Shown: positions 36,070 to 46,099, numbered from the stretch's first letter. The stretch is DNA of 64,000 bases from Candidatus Dormiibacterota bacterium (GCA_003153505.1 PLZA01000016.1:11094-75093), one strand, 5' to 3'. Translations and numbers: made by a program. Notes: generated by a model from the letters alone, not told the origin.

Positions 36070-37850
36070 GGCTTCGGCGTGGTCGGGAGGATCCCAATGC
36101 CCAGCTCGCGTAGCTGGGCGGGGTCGACGGGGGCGGGCGCGTCGGTCATCGGCTCCTGCCCCTGCTGGTTCTTCGGGAATGCGATCACATCGCGGATGTT
36201 GTCGGTGCCGAGCCCTTCCATGACCATGCGGTCGATGCCGCCGGCCCAGCCGCCGTGGGGCGGCACCCCGTATTCGAACGCCTCGAGCAGGAAGCCGAAC
36301 TTGCGTCGCGCCTCTTCGGCGTCGATGCCCAGCGCAGCGAGGACGCGTTGCTGGATTGCCGGGTCGGTGATCCGGATGCTGCCGCTGCCGATCTCGCGTC
36401 CGTTGACCACGAGGTCGTAGGCGCGCGAGCGCACCGCGAGGGGATCGGACTCGAGCAGGTCGAGATCGTCGGCGTGGATCATGGTGAACGGGTGGTGCGC
36501 CGCGCCGATATCGCCGGTTTCCTCGCTGCGCTCGAACATCGGAAACTCGGTGACCCAGAGCATGTCGATTCGCGTGTCGTCGTAGAGGGCCCGCGCGCGT
36601 CCGAGATGGTTGCGCACCGCGCCGAGCGCGGCGTTCACGACACCTGGGCGGTCGGCCACCATGAGCACGCAATCACCCGTCTCAGCGCCCGTTGCCGTGC
36701 CGATGGCATCGAGCTCCTCGGGAGCGAAGAACTTGGCGATGGCCCCATGCCACCCATCCGCGCGCTTCCAGAGATACGCGAGGCCGCGGGCTTTCGCGCC
36801 CCGCGCAACCTCGGTGAGGGGCCCTTCGATGTCGCTGCGGCTCAGATCGTCTCCGCCCTTGACGCAGATGCCCTTGACGATGCCGCCGCCGGCCACCGCC
36901 TCGGCGAAGACCCGGAATCCTGAGGTCCGGGCGACTGCCGTGAGGTCGCTCAGCAGCATCTCGAAGCGGGTATCCGGCTTGTCGACTCCGTAGGCGTCCA
37001 TTGCTTGCCGCCAGGTCATCCGAGGGAAGGGAACGGTCAGACGGCCGCCGCGGAATTCGCATGCCTCCCAGGCGCTGGGGATCGCGTGCTCGAGAGCCGC
37101 GAAGATGTCGTCCTCGTCGACGAAGGACATCTCGATGTCGAGCTGCGTGAACTCCGGCTGGCGATCGGCACGCAGATCCTCGTCGCGCATGCAGTGCGCG
37201 AGCTGGAAATACCGGTCGAACCCGGCGACCATCGACAGCTGCTTGTACAGCTGCGGCGACTGCGGCAATGCGTAGAAGCTGCCGGGAAACAGCCGGCTCG
37301 GGACGAGGTAGTCCCGGGCACCCTCGGGCGTTGCCCGGATCATCATCGGCGTTTCGATCTCCAGGAAGCCGATCTCGCTCATCGCGCGGCGCAGCTCGGT
37401 GGAGAATTTCGCCCGAGCGCGCAGGTTCCGCTGCAGGCGCACGCGACGCAGGTCGAGGTAGCGATGGCGCAGGCGCAGCTGCTCATCAACGTCCGCGTCT
37501 TCGTTGACCGGGAAGGGCGGCGTCTTCGCGACCGCCAGCACGGTGCACTCGCTCGCGCGCAATTCCACCTCGCCGGTGTCGCGTTTCGGATTCACGTTCT
37601 CCGGGGCGCGCATGTTGAGCATGCCTTCGAAGCGCAGCACCCACTCGAGCCTCGCCTCCCTCGCCGCCCGGTGTGCCTCGGGCGCGTCGTTGGGATCGAT
37701 GACCACCTGGAGGATCCCGGTGTGATCGCGAAGGTCAATGAAGATGAGCCCGCCGTGGTCGCGGCGCCGGTCGACCCAGCCGAAGGCCGTCGCCCGCGCT
37801 CCCGCGTCAGCGGCACGAGGCGTGCCGCAGTACGTACGGTCGGTGCTCAC
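36066..37850 (-). CDS. aspS: Aspartate--tRNA ligase (possibly non-discriminating)
   Basis: RTYCG, GWVDRRRDHGGLIFIDLRD, ATPEGARDYLVPSR, LPQSPQ, RDEDLRADRQPEFTQ, PPHGG. Confidence 0.97.
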   Translation of the reverse strand: MSTDRTYCGTPRAADAGARATAFGWVDRRRDHGGLIFIDLRDHTGILQVVIDPNDAPEAHRAAREARLEWVLRFEGMLNMRAPENVNPKRDTGEVELRASECTVLAVAKTPPFPVNEDADVDEQLRLRHRYLDLRRVRLQRNLRARAKFSTELRRAMSEIGFLEIETPMMIRATPEGARDYLVPSRLFPGSFYALPQSPQLYKQLSMVAGFDRYFQLAHCMRDEDLRADRQPEFTQLDIEMSFVDEDDIFAALEHAIPSAWEACEFRGGRLTVPFPRMTWRQAMDAYGVDKPDTRFEMLLSDLTAVARTSGFRVFAEAVAGGGIVKGICVKGGDDLSRSDIEGPLTEVARGAKARGLAYLWKRADGWHGAIAKFFAPEELDAIGTATGAETGDCVLMVADRPGVVNAALGAVRNHLGRARALYDDTRIDMLWVTEFPMFERSEETGDIGAAHHPFTMIHADDLDLLESDPLAVRSRAYDLVVNGREIGSGSIRITDPAIQQRVLAALGIDAEEARRKFGFLLEAFEYGVPPHGGWAGGIDRMVMEGLGTDNIRDVIAFPKNQQGQEPMTDAPAPVDPAQLRELGIGILPTTPKP

Positions 37851-39118
37851 GAATCTCCCCCGAGGATGCGAGCGACGGTGGCGGCAAGCTCGGCAACGGG
37901 CACGGTCTGCTGGCTGCGGCTGTCGAGGTCGCGCACCACAGCGCTTGCCCCGGCCACTTCGTTCTCGCCAACGATGACAGCAACTCGAGCGCCGACCCGT
38001 CCCGCGCCGCGCAGTTTGCGGTCGAGCCTCCGGTCTGCGACATCGAGCACGGTACGGGCCGCGGCCTCGCGGAGGAGCCGTGCCATTGCCGCTGCCGCGC
38101 CGGCCTGATCGGGCTCGACGGAGCAGACGAGCACCTCTGCCGCCGGCTCGACTCCGGGAACTGTGCCCAGGGTGCGCGCGACCATGAGGATCCGCTCCAC
38201 CCCGAGCGCGTACCCGGTCGCGGGCGTCTCCGGGAAGCCGAGCAGTTCGGCGAGCCCGTCGTAGCGTCCTCCCCCGCCGAGTGAGCTCTGCGCCCCCTGG
38301 AGGGTGTCGTGCCAGAACTCGAAGACGGTATCGCTGTAGTAGTCGAGGCCGCGCACCAGCCGGTCGTTGCGAATCGCGTCGATCCCCGCGGCCTCGAGGT
38401 CGCGCAGGACGGCCGTGAAGTGGTCCCGGCTGGCGCCGTCGAGGGAGTCCCACAGCAACGGTGCGCCCTCGACGAGCCCGGCGTCTCGTTTGCAGTCGAG
38501 GAGGCGCAGCGGGTTGGTGTGGAGGCGCCGCCGGCAGTCGTCGCAGAGTGTCGCCTCGAGCGGGGTGTAGTACTCGACCAGCGCGGTGCGATAGCGAGCG
38601 CGATCCTCGGGGCCTCCGAGCGAGTTGACCTGAAGACGGATACCGGTGATCCCGAGCGCTGCGAAGAAACGCCAGGCCACCTCGACGATTTCCGCATCGA
38701 GCGCCGGCGAACCCTCTCCGATGCACTCGATACCCACCTGCGTGAACTGGTGCTGCCGCCCTGCCTGGGGCCGCTCGGCTCGGAAGAACGGGCCCGCGTA
38801 GTGCACCCGAACCGGCCGGACCTCCTGGTCGAGGTGGGCGCCGAGCGAGGCGCGCAGTGCGCCGGCGGTGCCCTCCGGCCGCAGGGTCAAGGAGCGTCCG
38901 CCACGATCCTCGAAGGTGAACATCTGCTTCTCGACGATGTCCGTGTCCGTTCCCACGCCGCGGATGAACAGATCGGTCGCCTCGATGATCGGCGTCTCGA
39001 TTGCCCGGTAGCCGAAGGACTCCGCGACCGTGCGATGGGCATCGAGCAGCCATCGACGGGCACCGAATTCGTCGGGCAGAATGTCGCGCGTTCCTTTTGG
39101 GGCTGCGATCTCAGGCAT
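37847..39118 (-). CDS. hisS: Histidine--tRNA ligase
   Basis: PKGTRDILP, LRPEGTA, ERPQAGR, LVRGLDYY, GGGRYDGL. Confidence 0.97.
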   Translation of the reverse strand: MPEIAAPKGTRDILPDEFGARRWLLDAHRTVAESFGYRAIETPIIEATDLFIRGVGTDTDIVEKQMFTFEDRGGRSLTLRPEGTAGALRASLGAHLDQEVRPVRVHYAGPFFRAERPQAGRQHQFTQVGIECIGEGSPALDAEIVEVAWRFFAALGITGIRLQVNSLGGPEDRARYRTALVEYYTPLEATLCDDCRRRLHTNPLRLLDCKRDAGLVEGAPLLWDSLDGASRDHFTAVLRDLEAAGIDAIRNDRLVRGLDYYSDTVFEFWHDTLQGAQSSLGGGGRYDGLAELLGFPETPATGYALGVERILMVARTLGTVPGVEPAAEVLVCSVEPDQAGAAAAMARLLREAAARTVLDVADRRLDRKLRGAGRVGARVAVIVGENEVAGASAVVRDLDSRSQQTVPVAELAATVARILGGDS

Positions 39119-39170
39119 TGGCGTCCGAGTGTACGGGCTTGCGGCTGTGGCGCCCTGTCAGGGCCGGGGG

Positions 39171-39512
39171 TTAGCGGAACCATTCGGGAAACCGTCTGGC
39201 ATTCACGGGGTCTGCAAAGGAGAGTGTCAGTGTGAAGTCAGGCGGGAGGTCATGCACTCTCCTGAGCGTGCGATCGCAGCCTTCGGCGAGCGCTGTCGGA
39301 CCGGGTTTGCCTTCTCGCCCCAGAGATGAAATCGCCACCAGAATCGGCGCGCAGCGTCCGACGGCGACCAGAATGCTGCATCCCAACGCAGTGACCACGA
39401 GCGGCTCGGAGTCGCTTCCTTCGACTCCGAGCACGAGTGATCCGTTGGTCTCAGATTCGAGCAATTCGGAAGCGGCACGTTCAAGCAGGCGGATGCGTTC
39501 GAGCGGTTCCAT
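39171..39512 (-). CDS. Hypothetical protein (113 aa)
   Basis: Protein-like ORF MEPLERIRLLERAASELL... filling the relA-hisS gap; no recognised family. Confidence 0.5.
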   Translation of the reverse strand: MEPLERIRLLERAASELLESETNGSLVLGVEGSDSEPLVVTALGCSILVAVGRCAPILVAISSLGREGKPGPTALAEGCDRTLRRVHDLPPDFTLTLSFADPVNARRFPEWFR

Positions 39513-39613
39513 GTGAGCAGGCTGCTCCGGGAATGCGACAGACGGCTGTCGCGAGCGGTGCGGGCTACGCGGTCGCGCGTCCAGCAGGCGTGTGGTGGCG
39601 CCGTCGGTGCTGC

Positions 39614-39625
39614 GAACATATGTCC
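39614..39625. promoter_or_regulatory. Candidate LexA (SOS) box
   Basis: GAAC-ATAT-GTCC, 7/8 match to the GAAC-N4-GTTC consensus, in an AT-rich promoter-like stretch. Confidence 0.4.
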
Positions 39626-39684
39626 ACATACTACAGGAATGTGTAATGCCTCGGCGGGTGCCGACCCCCGGTCTGTGGAACTAT

Positions 39685-41817
39685 TCAGACCGTGTCGCGG
39701 GCGACCGTGTGCACGTCGCGAACCGACTCGAGCCGCTCCAGGAGACGGCTCAATTGCGAGAGGTTCTGAATCTCGACGATCGTGCTGATCACCGCGGTCT
39801 TGTCGTCGTAGACCTGCACGTCCGCGCCGCTGAGGTTGATCTTGGATTCGGCGATCACGGCGGCGATGTCACGCAGCAGCCCGGTGCGATCCCACGCCTC
39901 GATCTTGATGCTCACCGGGTACACCTGGCGGGCTCCGGTCTCCCACTCGACGTCGACGATGCGCTCGATGTCGGTGGCGTTGCGAACGTTCACGCAGTCG
40001 GCGCGGTGCACGGTGACCCCCTTGCCGCGGGTCACGTAGCCGCGGATCGTGTCGCCGGCAACCGGTTTGCAGCAGTGGGCCAGGGTGGTGAGCATGTCGA
40101 CGTGTCCGTGAACGCGCACGGTTCCGGTCGGCGCCGGGGTGCTCGTGAGCGGGATGCCGAGAATGCGGTCGTCATCCGTCTGCTGCTCGTCCGCACCGAA
40201 TCTGAGCACGGCGCTGCGCGCGCTGATGTCGCCATACCCGATGGCGGCGACGAAGTCGTCGACGGTCGCGAGCTTGAATTCCTGCGCCAGCTCGAGGAGC
40301 TGGTCCTCCTTAACGCCGCTGAGTGACATCTGGCGGAGCCGCCGGAACTCCTTGTCCAGCATCTCGCGGCCCTTCTGGATGTTCTCGTCGCGACGCTCGC
40401 GCTTGAACCACTGACGGATCTTTTCGCGAGCGCTCGAGGTCTTGACGAAATTCAGCCAGTCGCGCGATGGCCCGTGCGGCGCCTTGGTGGTGAGCACTTC
40501 GACGATCTCGCCGTTCTCCAGGCGATGGTCGAGCGGCACCATCCGGCCGTTGACCTTGGCGCCGATGCAGCTGTGGCCGACGTCGGTATGGATGCGGTAC
40601 GCGAAGTCGACGGGCGTCGATCCCTGCGGGAGGGATCGCACGTCGCCACGCGGCGTGAACACGAAGACCTCGTCCTGGAAGATGTCGACCTTGACGGTGT
40701 TGACGAAGGCCTCGGCGTCGAGCACCTCCTTCTGCCAGTCCATGAGCAGACGCAACCAGGTGAAGCGCTCGTCGATGCGCGCGCCATCCTGTCCGCCCTT
40801 GTAGCGCCAGTGCGCGGCCACGCCGTACTCCGATGTTTCGTGCATCTCCTGGGTGCGAATCTGCACCTCCATGGGCTCGCCGGTATGTGACAGCACCGTG
40901 GTGTGCAACGACTGATAGCCGTTGCCCTTGGGCATCGCGATGTAGTCCTTGAACCGGCCCGGCAAGGGCTTCCACAGCGAGTGCACCACACCGAGCGCGC
41001 CGTAGCAATCCTTGATGGAGTCGACAAGCACGCGGATGGCGATGATGTCGTAGATCTCGCCGAATTCCTTCTGGCCGCGCAGCATCTTCTCGTGGATGCT
41101 GTAGGTGTGCTTGGTGCGGCCCGCGATCTCCGCCTGCATGCCCAGCGGCGCGAACTCCCGCCCGAGGATCTCGGTGACGTCGCGCACGAAGGCGTCCCGC
41201 TGTTCGCGGCTGCTCGCCAGCCGCGCCTCGATGAGGTGGTAGTTGTCCGGGTCGAGTTGCACGAAGGCCAGATCCTCGAGCTCCCCCTTGATTTCCCAGA
41301 TGCCGAGGCGGTGCGCGAGTGGCGCGTAGATGTCCAGGGTCTCGCGGCTGATGCGGAGTCGTCGCTCGGTCGTGTGCGCGCTGATCGTGCGCATGTTGTG
41401 CAGACGGTCGCCGAGCTTGATGAGCACGACACGCACGTCCTCGGCCATCGCCACCAGCATTTTGCGAATGTTCTCGGCCTGATGCTCCTCAGCGCTGCGC
41501 ACGTGGATCTTGCCGAGCTTGGTCACCCCGTCGACGAGCTTCGCGACCTGGTCGCCGAACAGGTTCCGCACCTCCTCACGAGTCACCGCGGTGTCCTCGA
41601 CGGTGTCGTGGAGGAGCGCAGCCATGAGGGTTTCAGGGTCGAGGCGCAGGTCGGCGAGGATGCCCGCCACCGCGAGCGGATGCTCGATATACGGCTCGCC
41701 GGTGAGCCTGGACTGTCCCGTATGCGCGCGATCCGCAACATCGAAGGCGCGCTGAATCGCGATGCGATCCTCTGCCGGGAGGTACTCGACGCGGGCCATG
41801 AGCTCGGTGATAGGCAC
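39685..41817 (-). CDS. relA: Bifunctional (p)ppGpp synthetase/hydrolase Rel
   Basis: HD motif ALLHDTVED; DRLHNMRT; FKDYIAMPKGNGYQSLHT; TGS (VFTPRG) and ACT domains. Confidence 0.97.
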   Translation of the reverse strand: MPITELMARVEYLPAEDRIAIQRAFDVADRAHTGQSRLTGEPYIEHPLAVAGILADLRLDPETLMAALLHDTVEDTAVTREEVRNLFGDQVAKLVDGVTKLGKIHVRSAEEHQAENIRKMLVAMAEDVRVVLIKLGDRLHNMRTISAHTTERRLRISRETLDIYAPLAHRLGIWEIKGELEDLAFVQLDPDNYHLIEARLASSREQRDAFVRDVTEILGREFAPLGMQAEIAGRTKHTYSIHEKMLRGQKEFGEIYDIIAIRVLVDSIKDCYGALGVVHSLWKPLPGRFKDYIAMPKGNGYQSLHTTVLSHTGEPMEVQIRTQEMHETSEYGVAAHWRYKGGQDGARIDERFTWLRLLMDWQKEVLDAEAFVNTVKVDIFQDEVFVFTPRGDVRSLPQGSTPVDFAYRIHTDVGHSCIGAKVNGRMVPLDHRLENGEIVEVLTTKAPHGPSRDWLNFVKTSSAREKIRQWFKRERRDENIQKGREMLDKEFRRLRQMSLSGVKEDQLLELAQEFKLATVDDFVAAIGYGDISARSAVLRFGADEQQTDDDRILGIPLTSTPAPTGTVRVHGHVDMLTTLAHCCKPVAGDTIRGYVTRGKGVTVHRADCVNVRNATDIERIVDVEWETGARQVYPVSIKIEAWDRTGLLRDIAAVIAESKINLSGADVQVYDDKTAVISTIVEIQNLSQLSRLLERLESVRDVHTVARDTV

Positions 41818-41961
41818 GGCCTTTACGAGTGTAGAACGAGAACGAGTCGATCAAACACGATGTAACGAGAGTATGTCGAACAAGTGAATTCCAGCGACTG
41901 ATTGCTACCGGCAATGGGACGCAAAGCTGTCTGGAAGGGGCGACCCGGTAAAGTGACGCCA

Positions 41962-43161
41962 ATGACCCTGGAATCACGCGAGCCCCGAGTGGCAGAGAAA
42001 GAGGCAACCCTCGTCTCACCGCTCGGGGGAGCGCTGGTCGATCTGCTGATGACCCCAGACGAGCTTGCTGATCTCGGTGCGCGCACCGAGGAACTTATCT
42101 CGCTGCGGATTTCCGAGACCGCATCCGCGGATCTGGCGTTGCTCGGCAGCGGCGCCTACTCACCGCTCAGCGGTTTTCAGGGGAGAAGCGACTATCTGAG
42201 TGTCGTCGAGCACGCCCAGCTCAGCGATGGCACACCGTGGACGCTACCGATCACGCTTCCCTTGGGAGATCACGCTCGCAGCCTCCAGGAGGGAGCCGTC
42301 GTCGCCCTCCGCGACGAAGAGGGTCATCTGCTCGGCGCGCTCACCGTGACGGAGATCTACGATCGCGACCTCGAAGCCGAGGCGCGCGAGGTGTACAGAA
42401 CCACGGACCAGGCCCACCCGGGCGTCGCAGCGCTGTTCGCGCAGGGGCCGACGGTGGTTGCCGGGCCGGTGCGCGTCGCAGCCCAGGCGCCGGGCACCGT
42501 GCCCTCGACGCCGGTCGAGACGCGCGGAGCACTCGCTGATCGCGGATGGTCGACGGTGGTGGGATTCCAGACCCGCAACCCCGTGCATCGCGCGCACGAG
42601 TACCTCACGAAAGTCGCGCTCGAGCAAGTCGACGGATTGCTGCTCCATCCCCTCTCGGGGGTCACCAAGGGTGACGACGTCCCGTTCGAGGTCCGGATGC
42701 AGTGCTACCGCGTCCTGCTCGACGGCTACTACCCGCCGAACCGCGTCGTGCTCGGGATCTTCCCGGGAGCCATGCGCTACGCAGGGCCCCGCGAGGCCAT
42801 CTATCACGGCCAGGTTCGCCGCAACTACGGCTGCTCGCACTTCATCATCGGCCGCGACGCGGCGGGTGTCGGCAACTACTACGGTACCTACGACGCGCAG
42901 ACGCTGTTCGACGAGCTCGGCGGCGCCGAGCGCCTCGGCTTTGCCGCATACAAGTTCGAGCACTCCTTCTACTGCCGGGCATGCGAGAGCATGGCCAGCA
43001 CCAAGACGTGCCCGCACGGCGCTGACGATCGCGTGATTCTCAGCGGCACGAAGGTACGCGAGATGCTCACCCGTGGCGATCCGATCCCTCACGAGTTCAC
43101 CAGGCCCGAGGTTGCGGAGATCCTCCGCGCCGCCTACGCCGTCGCGGCGCCCGTCGCCTGA
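41962..43161 (+). CDS. sat: Sulfate adenylyltransferase (ATP sulfurylase)
   Basis: YSPLSGF, FQTRNPVHRAHEY, MRYAGPREA, IIGRDAAGVG, LSGTKVRE; start uncertain. Confidence 0.95.
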   Translation: MTLESREPRVAEKEATLVSPLGGALVDLLMTPDELADLGARTEELISLRISETASADLALLGSGAYSPLSGFQGRSDYLSVVEHAQLSDGTPWTLPITLPLGDHARSLQEGAVVALRDEEGHLLGALTVTEIYDRDLEAEAREVYRTTDQAHPGVAALFAQGPTVVAGPVRVAAQAPGTVPSTPVETRGALADRGWSTVVGFQTRNPVHRAHEYLTKVALEQVDGLLLHPLSGVTKGDDVPFEVRMQCYRVLLDGYYPPNRVVLGIFPGAMRYAGPREAIYHGQVRRNYGCSHFIIGRDAAGVGNYYGTYDAQTLFDELGGAERLGFAAYKFEHSFYCRACESMASTKTCPHGADDRVILSGTKVREMLTRGDPIPHEFTRPEVAEILRAAYAVAAPVA

Positions 43162-43703
43162 TGAGCGGTCTCACCATCTGGTTCACTGGATTGTCCGGTG
43201 CCGGCAAGTCGACCATCGGGCAGCGCGTCGCATCTGAGCTGCGCGAGCGTGGTTTGCGAGTGGAGGTCCTCGACGGCGACGAAGTGCGGCGGACGCTCAG
43301 CGCCGGCCTCGGTTTCACCAAAGAAGATCGCGACATCAACATCCGGCGCATCGGGTTCGTCGCCGAATTGCTCACCCGCAACGGCGTCGTCGCCATCACG
43401 GCGGCGATCTCGCCGTACAAGGACACGCGAGCGGAGGTGCGCGAGCGCATCGGCCGGTTCGTCGAGGTGTACGTCAGCTGCTCGATCGACGTGCTCTCCG
43501 AGCGCGACGTGAAGGGGCTGTACAAGCGAGCGCTTGCCGGAGAGATCGCCCACTTCACCGGCGTCTCGGACCCGTACGAAGCACCTGACGCCCCGGATGT
43601 GGTGGTCGACAGCGGCACCCAGACGATCGACGAGTCGGTCGCGGCCGTCCTCGCAGCCATCGAAGCCAGCGGCCTCCTCCCAGATCCGACGCCTCGCGGC
43701 TAA
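43161..43703 (+). CDS. cysC: Adenylyl-sulfate (APS) kinase
   Basis: WFTGLSGAGKST, LDGDEVR, RDVKGLY, FTGVSDPYEAP. Confidence 0.96.
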   Translation: MSGLTIWFTGLSGAGKSTIGQRVASELRERGLRVEVLDGDEVRRTLSAGLGFTKEDRDINIRRIGFVAELLTRNGVVAITAAISPYKDTRAEVRERIGRFVEVYVSCSIDVLSERDVKGLYKRALAGEIAHFTGVSDPYEAPDAPDVVVDSGTQTIDESVAAVLAAIEASGLLPDPTPRG

Positions 43704-43710
43704 CGCCGCG

Positions 43711-44634
43711 ATGCGCACGCCGCAGTCGCGCCCCCGGCACCCGCGTCCGCGGATCACGCTCGACCAGCTGCACACGTTTCTCGCCGTCGCCGAGCGAGAG
43801 CACGTCACTGCGGCGGCCGAAGCCCTCGGCCTCTCGCAGGGATCGGTCAGCGGCGTCGTGCGGCGCCTCGAGACCACCCTCGGTCTCCCCCTGCTCCAGC
43901 GGGTCGGTCGGAATGTGCAGCTCACCGACGTCGGTCGCGCCCTGCGCCAGCTCGCCGTGCGCGTGCTCGAGGACGTCGGCCAGATCGAGGAGTTGCGCGC
44001 CGGCTATCTCGCGTTCGAGCGTGGCGAGTTGACGGTGGCGGCGGGACGCGTGATGGGCGCGCACCGTCTGTCGGGCTGGCTGGCCCCCTTCGTCGCCGAC
44101 CACCCGGAGATCAACGTTCGTCTCGCGCTGGCGCCGATGCGATCCCTGGTCACGATGCTCATCGAGGGACGCGCCGACATCATCCTCGCCGGGTCGTCGG
44201 TGCGCGTTCCCGGCGTCGAGACGGTCGTGCTCGAGCACACGGAGCTGGTGACCGTGGTCGCCGCGCACCATCCGCTGGCATCGAGCAAGACCGCCGTGCG
44301 CGACCTCGTGACCCACCGGCACTTGGCGCACGAACGCGGCAGCGCGACCGAGGCGCTCGCCGCGCACGCTCTCGGGAGTCACGTCGATCCGGAGAACACC
44401 CTCGAACTCGAGGAGGGCGCACTGCATGCCGCGCTGCTCGCCGGTCTTGGATTCGCCGCCATGCCTCGCTCCGTGATCGAACAGGACATCGTCGAAGGCC
44501 GCCTGGTTGTGATTCCGCTCCCGGGACGGAGCGTGTCGCAGTCGTTCGCCGCGGCACGGCGCAAGGACCTGCACACTCCGGCCGTCGAGGCGTTCTGGGC
44601 CCACCTCCGGCAGATCGCCGTCGACCAGGCCTGA
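43711..44634 (+). CDS. LysR-family transcriptional regulator (CysL-like)
   Basis: TLDQLHTFLAVAE..HVTAAAEALGLSQGSVS..VRRLE..LG.PLLQR.GR.VQLT; HERGSAT substrate domain. Confidence 0.92.
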   Translation: MRTPQSRPRHPRPRITLDQLHTFLAVAEREHVTAAAEALGLSQGSVSGVVRRLETTLGLPLLQRVGRNVQLTDVGRALRQLAVRVLEDVGQIEELRAGYLAFERGELTVAAGRVMGAHRLSGWLAPFVADHPEINVRLALAPMRSLVTMLIEGRADIILAGSSVRVPGVETVVLEHTELVTVVAAHHPLASSKTAVRDLVTHRHLAHERGSATEALAAHALGSHVDPENTLELEEGALHAALLAGLGFAAMPRSVIEQDIVEGRLVVIPLPGRSVSQSFAAARRKDLHTPAVEAFWAHLRQIAVDQA

Positions 44635-44642
44635 GGGTCGCC

Positions 44643-46088
44643 TCAGTACGAGCGCGCGAGGAGCGCGTTGGAGTCCGCAGGCTTGCCACACGCGATGCAG
44701 GGCGCACCGGTAGCGGGGCGGTCCTCGCGAAGGACGCGAACCGTGAGCGCGTGCACCGCGCTCTTGACGGCGTTCTCGCATTCCTCGGTGTTGCACATCG
44801 GCGCGGTTGCGAACATCGGGCGCTCGGCGAATGCGGCGACCAGTTCGTCGAGAGTTGAGACGTCAACGCTGCGCTCCTCGAGGCGGGTGCGAGCACGCTC
44901 GAAGATCGCGCGCTGCGTCTCCTCGAGCAGGCTGGGGAGCCTGGCCGCCAAACCCTCGATCGGCACGGTCTCCTGGGTGCCGTCAACCCGGTGCACGAGA
45001 GTCACGTTGCCGCTCGCGAGATCCTTGGCGCCGACGACGATTCGCAACGGCACGCCACGGAGCTCCCAGTGCGCGTACTTCTCGCCGGGGCGCATCCCTT
45101 CGCGGCGGTCGACACGCAGGCGAACGCCCACGGGGCATTCGCGTTCAAGGCGCGCCGCCGCCTCCTCCACCACCGCCGCGCCGGCTTCGTCGTTGCTGCG
45201 CGTGATCGGGACCGCGACGACCTGAATCGGCGCGACCTTGGGAGGCAGGATCAGACCCATGTCGTCACCGTGCGCCATGATCACCGCGCCGACGGTTCTG
45301 GCCGACAGTCCCCACGATGTCTGGAATGGATGCTGGCGCTGGTTGTCGCGATCGCTGTAGGCGATGCCGTACGCGCGGGTGAAGTTCTGCCCGAGATGGT
45401 GCGACGTGCCCGATTGCAACGCCCATCCGTCGGACATCATCGCCTCGATGCTCACCGTGTAGCGAGCGCCGGGAAATTTCTCTGACTCGGTCTTGCGCCC
45501 CTTGATCACCGGGATTGCCAGCCAGTCCTCGGTGAGCTCGCGGTAACAGTCGAGCATCGTGGCGACCTCGTCCGCCGCCTCGCTGTCGAGCTGGTGAAAG
45601 GTGTGGCCCTCCTGCCAGAGGAACTCGGTGGTGCGCAGGAAGAGTCGCGTGCGGTGCTCCCAGCGGACGACGTTGCACCACTGGTTGATCTTCACCGGAA
45701 GATCTCGCCATGAGTGGATCCAGTCCGCGTACATCGAGCAGATGATCGTCTCGCTGGTGGGGCGCACCGCAAGGCGCTCCTCGAGGTCCTTGCCCCCACC
45801 GCGGGTCACCCACGCGACCTGGGGGTCGAACCCCTCGACGTGGTCGGCTTCCTTGGTCAGGTATGACTCCGGGATGAACAGCGGGAAGTACATGTTCTCG
45901 TGGCCGGTACGCTTGATCATGTCGTCGAGCGCGCGCTGGATGTTCTCCCACAAGGCGAAGCCGTAGGGTCTGATCACCATGCAGCCGCGCACCGGCGAGT
46001 AGTCGGCGAGCTCGGCCCGACGGACCACATCCGTGTACCAGCGATCGAAATTGTCGCTCTGCGCGGTGATCCGCTTTTCGTCGGCCAT
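44643..46088 (-). CDS. proS: Proline--tRNA ligase, archaeal/eukaryote-type
   Basis: PVRGCMVIRPYG, VRPTSET, FLRTTEFLWQEGHT, QSGTSH.LGQNF; C-terminal Zn site and ARSY end. Confidence 0.96.
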   Translation of the reverse strand: MADEKRITAQSDNFDRWYTDVVRRAELADYSPVRGCMVIRPYGFALWENIQRALDDMIKRTGHENMYFPLFIPESYLTKEADHVEGFDPQVAWVTRGGGKDLEERLAVRPTSETIICSMYADWIHSWRDLPVKINQWCNVVRWEHRTRLFLRTTEFLWQEGHTFHQLDSEAADEVATMLDCYRELTEDWLAIPVIKGRKTESEKFPGARYTVSIEAMMSDGWALQSGTSHHLGQNFTRAYGIAYSDRDNQRQHPFQTSWGLSARTVGAVIMAHGDDMGLILPPKVAPIQVVAVPITRSNDEAGAAVVEEAAARLERECPVGVRLRVDRREGMRPGEKYAHWELRGVPLRIVVGAKDLASGNVTLVHRVDGTQETVPIEGLAARLPSLLEETQRAIFERARTRLEERSVDVSTLDELVAAFAERPMFATAPMCNTEECENAVKSAVHALTVRVLREDRPATGAPCIACGKPADSNALLARSY

Positions 46089-46099
46089 GGCCGAGCAGT

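Noticed and set aside
41910-41960. Fluoride or c-di-GMP-I riboswitch call for the sat leader
   Set aside because: Only short motif fragments match (GGCAATGG, TGACGCC, GGGACGCAAAGC) and the required pairings are absent; kept only as an unclassified candidate.
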